Source: Epithemia pelagica
Taxonomy: Eukaryota > Protista > Bacillariophyta
DNA: 64,000 nucleotides
Assembly (NCBI GenBank): GCA_946965045.2
Contig: OX337229.1
Span: 2,790,001-2,854,000, forward strand
Direction: 5' to 3'
A model generated the notes under the pieces. The model did no database searches and was not told the origin of the DNA. It saw only the letters and a program-made list of their open reading frames with translations. A program made the position numbers and the translations under genes. This document shows positions 43,636 to 55,029 of this stretch, piece by piece (positions within the stretch are counted from its first letter, which is position 1; every line of letters starts with the position of its first letter).

Positions 43636-46057
43636 ATGGAAAGGACAGGAAGCGTTTCTCAAGGATCTTATAGAGAAAGGGAAGAATCATCGGATGAAGA
43701 GGTTGCTCTCGGACGGGGTAAGTTGAGGCTTCAACTGACCGACAGCGACGAAGAAAATGACGCTTCCCCCAATGAGCAGACCCACCGCAATCGTCCACCA
43801 CGACCATCACATCTTCCAAGAACAAGTCGCCTGAGACAATCAACATCCCATAGAAGGAGACGGTCATCTGCTCGTTTCATGAGTGTGGGGCGAAATGAGG
43901 AAGGTAGAGCGCGATCTCGTGCCCATTCAAGGAAGAGTTTAGCAGTCATATACAAGGAGGAGATTCGAATGAATGCTGAAAATCGAATCAATGCCACAAA
44001 CTCGTGGGATATGAAAATGATTGATAACTTGGAAAATTTCCTCACTGAAGAAGGCGATGATCCAACCTTCTACGATGCAACGATGCAAACGCGTGGGCCA
44101 GAATCATCAACACTCATTAACTTTACAAAGGCCTCTTGCTCCCTAGATGCGAGTGTTAAAATCTATGGCCATCGAGTCGACAATGTTTACTTGACAAGCT
44201 ACAAAGTACTAGCAAATCTCAACCGTTCCCATTCCAATAACTCGCATCAAAATGGCCACAACGATGATGGCCAAGTGAACGGCGAGATCACGGTGCGACC
44301 GAAAAAGCCCACAGGACCGACGCTTGAGTCAAATATTTGTACGTACCCATGAAATTGAATATGTTGTTCTTACGGTGAATGGAAATGTCAGCTTCACTCA
44401 AATGTCATTCGATTTCATCACAGCCAACATCAATGTCAACAAACTGGATTCGGCCATTGACATTGATCCATTGTTTCACAAAATGTCAAGAGCTTTCGAT
44501 GAAGGAGGTGCGAAAGGGCTCCTTCTTATTAACCTTGGTACAGGTGAAAAACACTGTATGATTGTGTTTGACACGCAGACCCTTGATGAGGATGGAGAAG
44601 ACGAAGAACAGAATCTGACCGAAGATTCAAACCAAACATACGTTGATATGTCATTGTTTCTAAGCAAGCTGGATGAGCCACTGGAAGGGCGGTCGATTGA
44701 CTCTATTCCACTGGTCAGCCAGCTAGGAAACCTCCGAGCGGAATTTGCCGAGCTGGAAGATGAAGGTTTCGTCGATCTTGATGCATCAGCGCCTATTCAG
44801 CGCCCGTATGCTGCAGAGTATGAGTCAGAAGAAGAGGCCGATCGAAGCATTCATTTAGAAGCTTTGGAGCGGTCACGCCTCTCTGCAAATCTGCGATCTG
44901 CTCGGAAGTCACATTTGGATCAGTCGAATAGTGGAGAACCTGAAAACTTTGACTTTGGTGGGCACGATGATGGTGGATATGACGACTATATCGGAGACGA
45001 CGATGGAGGAGAGCGGTTCAGTTCCCTATCATTCACTGGTACATTGTATAACGACGATTCACAAGAACAGAACACTGCAGCAGTTTTAGACGCAATCGCT
45101 GCGGGTAGAACAGTTGGAAGGTCTGACTACGAGTTCTTTGACCAACATGCGCTTTCTCATGTGTCAGGAAACGCGTGGGCAGGAGCCCTTCACTGGAAGC
45201 CGGCAGTGCGACCGAAGAAAGATATACATCGAGAACAAACTGATGAAAAGAAGCTGTCACGGAAAGTTGCGAAAGAACGACGCTACGTAGATCTGACATT
45301 TACGCCTGATATGACGGACATTCTTCGCATGCCACCAAAAGCAAGAGGAATGAATAAATCCAATCCGCTTCAGTTCAGCAAAACAGTGCTGGCGAAGCAC
45401 ACGTGCTCAGACAACTTGTTACCAGTTGATGCTTATCTCACCGTACATGACTTCAATTCCCTTTTTTTGCGACCCAAATCAAGCTTAGATGTGTGCATCT
45501 CCAATAATGACGCGTCGCGTGAGTTAAAAACGGTCGCCTTTGACATGGGTCCGGACGAAACATATGGAGGAGACTGGGACAATGATTCATATGGTGGGGG
45601 TGACGATGGCGATGGATTCGCGTTCGCAGAATCGGGCTTCGGGGCGGAAGAAGGACCTGAATTTGCTGGACTGAATGGGATTCGTCACGTCGAAAAAATT
45701 CAAATTGGATATGCCACGATAGCAAAAAAGGTCGATGTCAAGCGGCTGAAGCAAGATCTTTGGACAGAGATTGAAACTCATTTGCCAGAGCGCCCTGAAA
45801 ATCACAATTCTCTTGACGAGGTAAAGGAGAGCGAATTGAATGTGAAAGATATTGCGCCCCACACTCCGTCGAAATCTTCAGTGCCTCTGTCGTTCTTTGA
45901 TACAGTTCAAGAAATGGAACGAAGCAAGAAGCAGGCCGATGCATCGTTACCGTTTTACTTCATGTGCATTCTGCATCTCGCAAATGAACAGGAGCTTCGT
46001 TTAGAACCCCAAGGATTGGATGACTTCCTCATTTACAGGGATCAAGCTTTGCATTAG
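43636..46057 (+). CDS. NCAPH: Condensin kleisin subunit CAP-H/Barren (Cnd2); intron 44339-44423
   Basis: IRMNAENRINATNSWDMKMID, NFTKASCSLDASVKIYGHRVDNV, DPLFHKMSRAFDEGGAKGLLL, WAGALHWK, KKVDVKRLK, YFMCILHLANEQEL. Confidence 0.92.
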
Positions 46058-47592
46058 CTATGCTCCTTCTTTGGCACGGGTTTAATTCGGTGGCTTATCT
46101 AGTGTTCAATACTCTCATCAACTCGAAGTGCCTAGGCCTACAGGTAGAGATAATGAGGAGTTGGGAGTATTCGTACTTGTAGTAGAGGTGTACGGACTCC
46201 GGGGGACAAAAAATTCCCCCACGATATCCCGTGTTTCACGTTGGTGAGACTTCCGGCCCTACGAGATTCATGACTCCATTCATTTTCTCGAAGTAAAATG
46301 AATTGCCCCTCATCATCCACAAGACGTTCACGCATCTCGCAGTCGTAACTCGCACCGATGAACCTTTCACCATGACGAGGCGCTTACCCTTCCTGTGCGA
46401 GTAATAAACAACAATCATACAAGTGCAAAATATACAACCCACTTATTAATTGTAAGCCTATATTATGTAGTCACCACCACTGCTGCTTGTTGTCATTGGT
46501 GTAGGTGATGGTTTCACTTGGAGTTGGTTGTTGCGTTTGTTGTCGTTGTCGCGGCACAGGATTGTCTCGTTCGGCCGAAACAAGGCGATGATCGTAGTGT
46601 TTGTTGTAGAACCGTAGAACTGAAAGAACCAGAGATAAAGAGAAGTTGATTGTTGCTTTTGGTGCCATTGTCATTGTCGTGGCCCGGATTGTTTTGTTCG
46701 GCCGAAACGATGAGTTGATTGTTGCGATGACATGCATGCTACGCGAGGCCAAAACCAGTTGGTTGTGTAGTTGGTGGTATCTGTTGTCATGTTTGTGGGT
46801 GTCGTATTATCATCACCATCCGATGGCTCGGTCGTTGTGGCTGTTGGTTTTGTCGTCAAGATCCTCCCGCTTTTGATTGTTGCATTGGATCCTGTTGTTG
46901 TCGTTGTGGCCAAAACAAGGAGTGGATTGTTGCATTTAGGTTTTGTTGGAGGTCTAGAGTAGTTGATTGGTGCATTGGTGCCATTGTCTTGTACCATCCA
47001 ATGGATTGGTCGTGGTGGATGTTGGTTTTGTGGTCGTGGGCTTCACGTCGTTGGGAAACAAGGGTTCACTTCGCGTCCAACTCGTCGTGTGGTGCCACAA
47101 ATCAGTCGCTGTCTTTGTTGTGGCTAAGGTTGTTGCGGTTGTTGCGGTTGTTGCAGCCTTGATGATGGAGTCGACCCTTCACTTCCACAAGGTGGCCGGT
47201 TGTTGTTGAGTTCTTGTGGTCTCGCAACATTGAAAGACGGTCTGTTGTTGGTGTTGTCGTTGTTGCGGCCAACTGTTTTGTTCAGACGAGAATCCTCCAG
47301 TTGGTGTCCTTGCCGCTGCTCTCCCACGACTCATCCATCCATTTAGAAGCTTCCATTGCCATCCCTCATTGCAATCTTTGTTCATTACATCATTCTCCGA
47401 CTCCAATCTTGGTAGTCTTGTTGCTTCCTTCCCACCAGGATTCGGAAGACTTCAAAACCTTGCCTTCGGTCCACCAAAATGGCCAACCCATCGCCGCCCG
47501 TTCATTCCGTCACAGTACACTTGATTCTGAGGACTCCGTGGTGGTCGGAGGAGTGCTAGCACCTTTAGTTGGAGGTGCACACCGGCTTGAGT

Positions 47593-47860
47593 TGTCACAA
47601 CAAACGCCTCCAGGCGATACCATCCATTACTCACTCAGACATGCACGAATCAACCTTACCACTCACCACACAAAACATAGTCCTAACTCCGTCTCATAAT
47701 TTTCAAACTTACTCAAAAGACAAACTCCTCACTCCATAGACCGACTATGAACCTTCCAAATGAATCATCCCACAATGGCCAACCCCAAGCGGTTACGACC
47801 ATTCGACTCCTCTACAACACCCTCAAAGCGAGCGCCTCTTTTAACACTCACACAACGACA
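47593..47860 (+). repeat. 5' LTR
   Basis: Direct repeat of 54562-54829, TG...CA ends. Confidence 0.97.
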
Positions 47861-47875
47861 GGTTATGAGCCCAAA
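47861..47875 (+). promoter_or_regulatory. Primer-binding site (copia-type, half-tRNA-iMet-like)
   Basis: GGTTATGAGCCC directly after the 5' LTR, resembling the copia PBS GGTTATGGGCCC. Confidence 0.75.
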
Positions 47876-48193
47876 CGCTACCGCTGGGTATTCTTACTCT
47901 TTTTGACATATTCACTTTGGAACATGGTTGGTCTTAAAACAACATTTAACCCTCGAATCGTGGTGAGACTCAAGATAACACAGCCCTTGACTCCCAACCA
48001 ATTCAAACCGCTACCTTTCAACGTGAACTGTGTATCAAATTCCGAACCGCTACCTTCGAATTCAATTGACTCCCAATTTTTCACGACCGCTTCACAAATT
48101 AGTCCTCACCTTCTTTCACTCATTGTAAAAGCACAACGTTGCTCTGAACCCGAAGACTCTCTGAAGCCTTACCAAGTCCCTTTGCTAACCACC

Positions 48194-49597
48194 ATGAAGA
48201 TCGACACTCCGTTCTCGACGCCGACCAAAGCTGCTGCTCCGACTCTGAGTGGTGATACGGCCACCGTGAATGGTATCACTTTCACGGCGAAGAAAAGTCG
48301 TGACTTTGAACTTGGAGCTTTTGCCGATACCGTTACCCCCAAGTACCGTGAATCTTTGGGAGGCAAGAATCTCTTTGAGTTCCGCAATGAAGCTGTATCT
48401 CCTTTGTCTCCTTCCTTTACTCTGGAAACCGCCAGCATTCGTATCACCGATGACACCGACTTCTTTGGCCACAACAACAAAGTCATGATGCAGCTCTTCA
48501 ACCTCAAGGGCCGTTTGACGAGCTACTGTATGCAGTCCGTGTTCCAAGTTCTTCCCATCGATCCGGTTTCCGGTGACCTGGATGAAACAAAGCCTACCGT
48601 GGATTTGTTGAGCAGTGCCTGTACGATCAGTGAGGGACAAGTTCGCCTAAGTAATCAAGTCTATGCTGAAAATACTAGCGAGAAGATCCATCCCCAGAAT
48701 CTTTCATGGAGCCAAGAGTTACTTCTGGGATCGTGTGAATCCACCCTTCGCTCTGACATCGAGCATCGGTTGATCTCGATTCCTCAAAACGAACAAGGCG
48801 GACCTCTCATTCTTCACATGATTTTGAACCAAATGATGTCCACGACTCATGAAGCTGCTCGCAATATCGTCCGTCGCTTGGAGTCCCACAAGGTCACTGA
48901 TTACCCTGGAGAAAACATCCCTAACTTCTGTGCAACTTTCAACAACGCTATCATGCGTTTGAATGTCAGTGGACACGTTCCCAAGGATGTTGCTAATATC
49001 TTCTTCATTCAGCTTCAAACTTGCACCGTTCCAAAGTTACTTGGATTTCTTGACAACCTCGAGAACAATGATGATGCTATTTTACAAGACTTTGTGGCGC
49101 TTCGTGAACGTGTCATTCTCAAGTACAATGATCTCCTCTTGGCCGACAAATGGTTGCCCACAAGTAGTTCCGACAGTTCTTCTTTTACGAGTAAGAAAAC
49201 CTTGTCCGACAGTAAGAAATCTTCCTCCAACAACGGGGGTAAATCTGGTGGAGGCCGGACTCGTCTTCCCATTGACACTACTCCTCCTGGTGAGGGTGAA
49301 CCCAACTGGCGGCCTCACCCCCTTAACGGCGACAAGAAGATTTGGTGGTGTGCTTTGTGTCCTAACGGTACCGAGAATGGTGTGGGCCGTTGGGGCAACC
49401 ATAGCACTTCTCGCCATGATCCAACCAAGGTCCGAGCTCGTCGGCAGAACACTCCTTCCACTCCTGCCGCTGCCAGCAACACTACCACTTCTGATGATTC
49501 CGATGCTACCGTCGCTGACTCTACTTCTCCACCTTCATCGTCTACTCCAACCGGTACCATTGCCTCCGTGTCATCTTTGCGACGTCGGGATTTTTAA
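48194..49597 (+). CDS. Gag of the copia element
   Basis: GGPLILHMIL, YPGENI, C-terminal WCALC...RWGNHSTSRH Zn knuckle. The track ORF start (47747) lies inside the LTR; likely ATG is 48194. Confidence 0.8.
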   Translation: MKIDTPFSTPTKAAAPTLSGDTATVNGITFTAKKSRDFELGAFADTVTPKYRESLGGKNLFEFRNEAVSPLSPSFTLETASIRITDDTDFFGHNNKVMMQLFNLKGRLTSYCMQSVFQVLPIDPVSGDLDETKPTVDLLSSACTISEGQVRLSNQVYAENTSEKIHPQNLSWSQELLLGSCESTLRSDIEHRLISIPQNEQGGPLILHMILNQMMSTTHEAARNIVRRLESHKVTDYPGENIPNFCATFNNAIMRLNVSGHVPKDVANIFFIQLQTCTVPKLLGFLDNLENNDDAILQDFVALRERVILKYNDLLLADKWLPTSSSDSSSFTSKKTLSDSKKSSSNNGGKSGGGRTRLPIDTTPPGEGEPNWRPHPLNGDKKIWWCALCPNGTENGVGRWGNHSTSRHDPTKVRARRQNTPSTPAAASNTTTSDDSDATVADSTSPPSSSTPTGTIASVSSLRRRDF

Positions 49598-52500
49598 TGG
49601 GGCGAACATCCCTCCAGTGTTCTTCTGCCCCCTGCTTTGATTTCATGGAGATTCTGTCGTGGTGTCCCTTGTTTTGGTCTGGCTTTGGTTTGCTTTGTTG
49701 GTCTTGGCCCGTCCTTTCGTTTGCCGCCATGATGGTTTGTTTTACTTTGTTTGTTTCACTTCGATTTCCCCCTTTAACTTTACATCGACGTTGGCTTGGT
49801 TCCCTTTTCTACCTGTGGCTTGTTCTTTCGAGTTGTTGCGACGCTTCCTTGTTGGGTGTTACTGGTTTCTTTGTTCCTCTTCCTACGTTGGGTACCCTTC
49901 AGCGTCACTTGGACCGTCTCGACTCTGACATCTTACTACCGCACGCCTTCCCTCCAAGTGGGTTTGATTGTCGTTTAATGCTCCTTGACCGCGTTGTTAA
50001 CCTTTCTTCCGCATCTTTGACCAGCATCCACACTGGCTCCGTTCAATTTGCTTCCAGTACATACCCTTTTTCTTTACAGTCGTTCACTCCTTCCTTTCGG
50101 GTACGGGGCGAGATGCGACGCAAATATCGTTTATCAAAACGACACCTCAAGATTTGGAACTCTTACATTGATGGCCTTGACGACGATACTGTCTCTACGT
50201 ACCTTTTTGAACTGATGTTGACTCCTTCCTTGAAGACTTTTGATTGGAAATCAGTTCTTGACACCCTTGGTTTTGATGATGAGGAAACACCTTTTGTACC
50301 ACGGCCACGTTATCTTCACTTGACTGGATACGGCCCACATTTTAACGCCTTCTGCAGCGAGACTCTGTTTGACTTAGCACCTTTTTCAACCCGACCTGAC
50401 ATCGACCTTGCTCCTCACCCTGATGATCTGACTCTTGAAGAACTCGGCGATGATTTCAGTAATCTGATTCGTTCACACCGCTTGACTCCGACAACATACT
50501 CGAAACTTTTCAACATCCGTCTCGACCCGACAATGTTCATTGAAGACCCCCAAGTTTGTTCATCCGCAGACCCTCTTTTGAACATCATCTTAGATACTGG
50601 AGCATCTCACGGACTCACGATGTCCTCTGACGACTTTGTTGAAATTACTTACGGCAATTTTGGTTCAATGTCCACTGCGGCTAACGAAAACAAGTTTCCC
50701 ATCATTGGTGCTGGAATTGTCGCGTACGATGCAATCAGCGAAAATGGAGACCTCATTCGCTGGACATTCCCTGCCAATCTTTGCAAAGCCGCTGGAAGTC
50801 GACTCTGTTCCCCACAAGTTTGTGCCGATTACCTTAACTTGGACCGACGATTCCCAAGTTTCGAGAGCAATCATGTTTATGCCAGTATCAAAACTGACGC
50901 CATTGGTGGGCGACTAACCGTTCCAATCGACCACAACGTAAACCTCCCTTTGGTTAAAGCCAAAAATGTTCACCTCTCAACAAAGGCCATAGTCATGCCA
51001 ACGACCCACAATGTCGTTGCAGCACTACCAACTGGTGCCGTTGTCCTCTTTGTACCAAGCCTCATGACACGCCTCGAACTACTCTCGCTGATGCCTTGAA
51101 CCAACAAGTTGTTGACCCTGATGACGTTCTCTCACCAAGCAATGAGAACTTGACTACCGCTCAGAAACATTTACTCTTGGATCATCAACGATTAGGACAC
51201 TTGAACATGCGCCAGATCCAAAACCTCTACCACTGTCATGAGACCAGTCCCGACTCTTGTCTCAAACCGAAAGGCACTGGTTGTCTTACTTGTCCACTTC
51301 CAAAATGTCGAGCTTGTTTGTTGGGTAAAGCCAAACGTCGTCCCACCAAGTCTACCGTCAAGCGACCACGTTCTGATGCCGGACACATCCCTCATGATCC
51401 TTCGAAATTGGAACCTGGAGATTTGGTGTCCATCGACCACTACGAGTCCTCTGTTCGTGGACGTTTGTATCACACCAAAGGACGTGAGCGCGCCGAACAT
51501 CGTTTTTGTGGTGGAACTCTCTTTTTCGATCATGCTTCCCGTGCCATCTTTGTATACCATCAAGTCTCACTCGGCGGAAGCGACACCATCCGATCGAAAT
51601 TCTCCCTCGAAACGTTTGCAAGTCAAGTCGGCCGCACCATCCGACGCTACCACTCCGACAACGGCATTCTTACTAGTGATGCCTTTGAACGATCGTTACA
51701 GGCAGACCATCTCGAAGTCAAACCCCTTCATACTGTGTCCGGTGTTGGCGCTCATCATCAGAACGGTGGTGCTGAACGCGCCATCCAAACCGTTACAAGT
51801 ATGGCCCGAACGATGATGATCCATTGCCACTTGCATTGGCCCGACGGCTTTTCTCCAAACCTTTGGCCCATGGCACTCGACTATGCCGTTTGGATCTATA
51901 ATCACGTACCACGTGAAGACTCCACTCTCTCACCCATGGAATTGTTCACTGGCGTGAAAGAACATTGTTCCCAATTACGTCGCTTACGAGTTTGGGGTTG
52001 TCCTTCGTATGTGTTGGACCCACGTCTCCAAGATGGCAAGAAGGTTCCGAAATGGTCTCCCCGAGCTCGACAAGGTCAATTTCTCGGCTTTTCGACGCAA
52101 CACTCCACCACCATTGGACTTATTCGGAATTTGACTACCAACCACATTAGTCCTCAATTCCATGTCGTCCACGACGAGTTTTTCCACACCGTGCACAGTT
52201 CTTGGGAAGCTCCTTTGGGTCCGATTGACCTCCCGGATTTCTTTACTCGCGACACCTATCTTGAAGATCACTGCTCGGACATCGACGGGGACTTGCCTCC
52301 ACTTGATTCTTCCTGGGCGCCCCCTTCCCGATCTGTCGCCGCCAATCCTCCTATTGCCGACGAGGGCGAGAGAACTCCACGCATTGATCCACAACCAGCG
52401 CCAGCTTCTCCCAATCCTCTTTCTACTCCACCACGTACACCACCACGTACTCCCAGTACACCTATTCCTCCAGTTGAATTGGGCGAGCCAGAGTTGGAAC

Positions 52501-54542
52501 CGCCAGTTGAATTGGGCGAGCCAGAGTTGGAACCGCCAGTTGAATTGGGCGAGCCAGAGTTGGAACCGCCCGTTGAATTGGGCGAGCCAGAGTTGGATTC
52601 CGGTCCTCGTCGTTCTCGTCGCCAACGTGCCGCACCTCGTCGTTTTCCCGATCCGGAGCGACATGTCACCTTCGATCTCCCAACCAGCGAATGGAGCAAC
52701 CACCACAGTCTCCGTCGTTTCAACACCTTTTCAAACGACATGCACCGCTTCTTCTTCACTCAAGTCATCAATACCGACCCATCCAGCTTTGCCTCATATG
52801 CCAATCACCTCAATTGGGACCACTGCAGCAATCCCGACCACGAACATCCCAGTTACTTCCATGACCGTTCGTACCAGCTGCAATCAAGTACCATCCATGG
52901 CATTATTGACGACTGGGACCCACGATATTTTGCTTCCAAGTCTTTTGACGCCGATAACCCATCATACTTCGACGTGCGACATATGGACCAGGAAGAACAA
53001 GAAAAATGGTTCATTGCCATGGATCGCGAACTCGACGAACTGGAGGGAAAAGGAACATTCACTCTTGTCCCACGCAGTGCTGCAAACGGAAAGGAAATCG
53101 TTGACAGCATGTGGACTTTGAAGCGAAAGCGACTGCCCGATGGGACTCTCTCACGATACAAAGCTCGTCTCGTCGTTCGAGGAGACCAGCAAAAAGCTAC
53201 CTTTGACAAAGAAGACACATTTGCTCCGGTGATCGACTGGCCCGCCATTCGTTTATTGTTGATTCTCGCGTTACAACACGATTTGGCAACAGCATCCATT
53301 GATTTCAAAAACGCATTTGTCCAATCCAGTCTTCCGGAACCAATTTACGTGAACCTGCCTCACGGTTATGGCGAAGGACATGGCGACAAAGTCTTGCAAG
53401 TCCACAAGAGTCTGTACGGCGACTGTCGTGCTCCGCGTCTTTGGTATGACTATCTAAAGGCACGACTCAAGGAACTTGGACTCACTCCCGATGGCAATGA
53501 TCCCTGCTTGTTTTGTCAGGATGGCTGTATTATGGTGACCTACGTCGACGACGCAATCATCTGTGGAAAAGATCAAGAAACCGTGGATCGTCTGTTAGCT
53601 GGTTTGACCCAACTCCAAATGGACTTTGACCACTTGGGAGACCTTCCAACATACCTTGGAGTTCAAATCACACGCCAAGATGATGGTAGCATGGTCCTGA
53701 CGCAACCACATCTGACAAAGAGTATCATCGCCGCTCTTGGATTGACTGAAAGCTGCCCCAAACAAACTCCAGCCACACGAACACTCGGGAAGGATACACA
53801 CAAACCCCCACTCAACGAATCATTCAACTACCGTTCCGTTGTTGGCATGTTGCTCTATCTTGGTAACAACACAAGGCCCGATTGTGCGTTTGCGATCCAT
53901 CAAGCTGCTCGCTTTAGCAACGATCCACGCTGCACACACGGTGAAGCTTTGAAACGAATCGGAAGGTATCTTCAGGGGACGCACGACAAGGGATTGATAC
54001 TTAAGCCCTCAAAAGATCTCAACCTTGACTGTTACGTCGACGCTGATTTCGCCGGAATTTGGGGCAACGAAGATGCTCAAGATCCTTCCAGTGTCCGATC
54101 TCGAACCGGGTTCCTTATCTCCCTAGGTGGATCTCCCGTCACTTGGTCAAGTAAACTACAGACCGAAATTGCTCTATCTACCATGGAGGCTGAATATATA
54201 GCCGCAAGTACAAGCATGCGCACCCTACTTCCTTTACAACGACAACTACAGAAAATGACCAAACAACTCCATCTTGCACAACCAGGAACTACCAGTATTA
54301 CTACCATTTGGGAAGACAACCAGGCCGCTCTAAAACTAGCTACCAAGGATCCTCCCCGCATGACACCTCGATCTAAACACATCGGCGTCAAGTATCATTG
54401 GTTCCGCTCAAAACTACATGATGGCCCCAACGGGATCCGCATGAAAGCCATTGCCACCGATGCTCAACTTGGGGATTGCTTCACAAAACCTCTTGACGTC
54501 AACCTCTTCACCACCTCTCGAAAGAAAATCATGGGCTGGTGA
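49597..54542 (+). CDS. Pol of the copia element in -1 frame relative to gag; split by a further frameshift near 50962-50966
   Basis: Protease ILDTGAS (49597-51099 piece). GAG-pre-integrase HQRLGH, integrase SIDH/HSDNG/QNGGAERAI, RT YKARLV/DFKNAF/TYVDD, RNase H YVDADF/WEDN (51096-54542 piece). Confidence 0.9.
52470..52597 (+). repeat. 33-bp in-frame tandem repeat (PVELGEPELEP x ~4) in the IN-RT linker
   Basis: CCAGTTGAATTGGGCGAGCCAGAGTTGGAACCG x3 plus a partial fourth copy. Confidence 0.95.
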
Positions 54543-54561
54543 TTGCACGGTCGAGGGCGAG

Positions 54562-54829
54562 TGTCACAACAAACGCCTCCAGGCGATACCATCCATTACT
54601 CACTCAGACATGCACGAATCAACCTTACCACTCACCACACAAAACATAGTCCTAACTCCGTCTCATAATTTTCAAACTTACTCAAAAGACAAACTCCTCA
54701 CTCCATAGACCGACTATGAACCTTCCAAATGAATCATCCCACAATGGCCAACCCCAAGCGGTTACGACCATTCGACTCCTCTACAACACCCTCAAAGCGA
54801 GCGCCTCTTTTAACACTCACACAACGACA
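54562..54829 (+). repeat. 3' LTR, preceded by purine tract GAGGGCGAG
   Basis: Identical to the 5' LTR; PPT-like sequence at 54553-54561. Confidence 0.97.
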
Positions 54830-55029
54830 TGAGTTTGCCATTTTGGTGTCATGCAGTGTATCATGACCGTGGTTTCCTAAACCACCGGCCCGGATAACTA
54901 TAGACAATAGAGTACAAGTATGAAAAGAACGGCTCACTGTGGGGGAATTTTTCGGCCCCCGGAGCCGGAGTCCGTAGATTGTAGATTGGGTTTGTTGTCA
55001 ACGAAACTATGACTACGAGTAGACACGTA

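Larger units (their letters stand above)
47593..54829 (+). mobile_element. Full-length Ty1/copia (CoDi-like) LTR retrotransposon, recent insertion
   Basis: LTRs 47593-47860 and 54562-54829 are identical by eye (268 bp, TGTC...GACA). TSD TGAGT at 47588-47592 and 54830-54834. Domain order gag, PR, IN, RT, RH. Confidence 0.97.
46193..54974. mobile_element. Non-autonomous TIR element A (about 1.8 kb without the nested copia), TA flanks
   Basis: Left TA|CGGACTCCGGGGGACAAAAAATTCCCCCA (46193-46221). Right TGGGGGAATTTTTCGGCCCCCGGAGCCGGAGTCCG|TA (54940-54974). Interior is colinear with element B across the copia insertion site. Confidence 0.75.

Noticed and set aside
47747-48193. Gag N-terminal extension from the ORF-track start
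   Set aside because: The start lies inside the 5' LTR and crosses the PBS; the ATG at 48194 is more plausible.
50958-50968. Second programmed -1 frameshift in copia pol
   Set aside because: C AAA AAT is not a canonical X XXY YYZ heptamer and no clear stimulator follows; treated as an indel.
52470-52597. CRISPR-like array (33-bp repeats)
   Set aside because: No spacers; in-frame coding repeat inside a eukaryotic retrotransposon.
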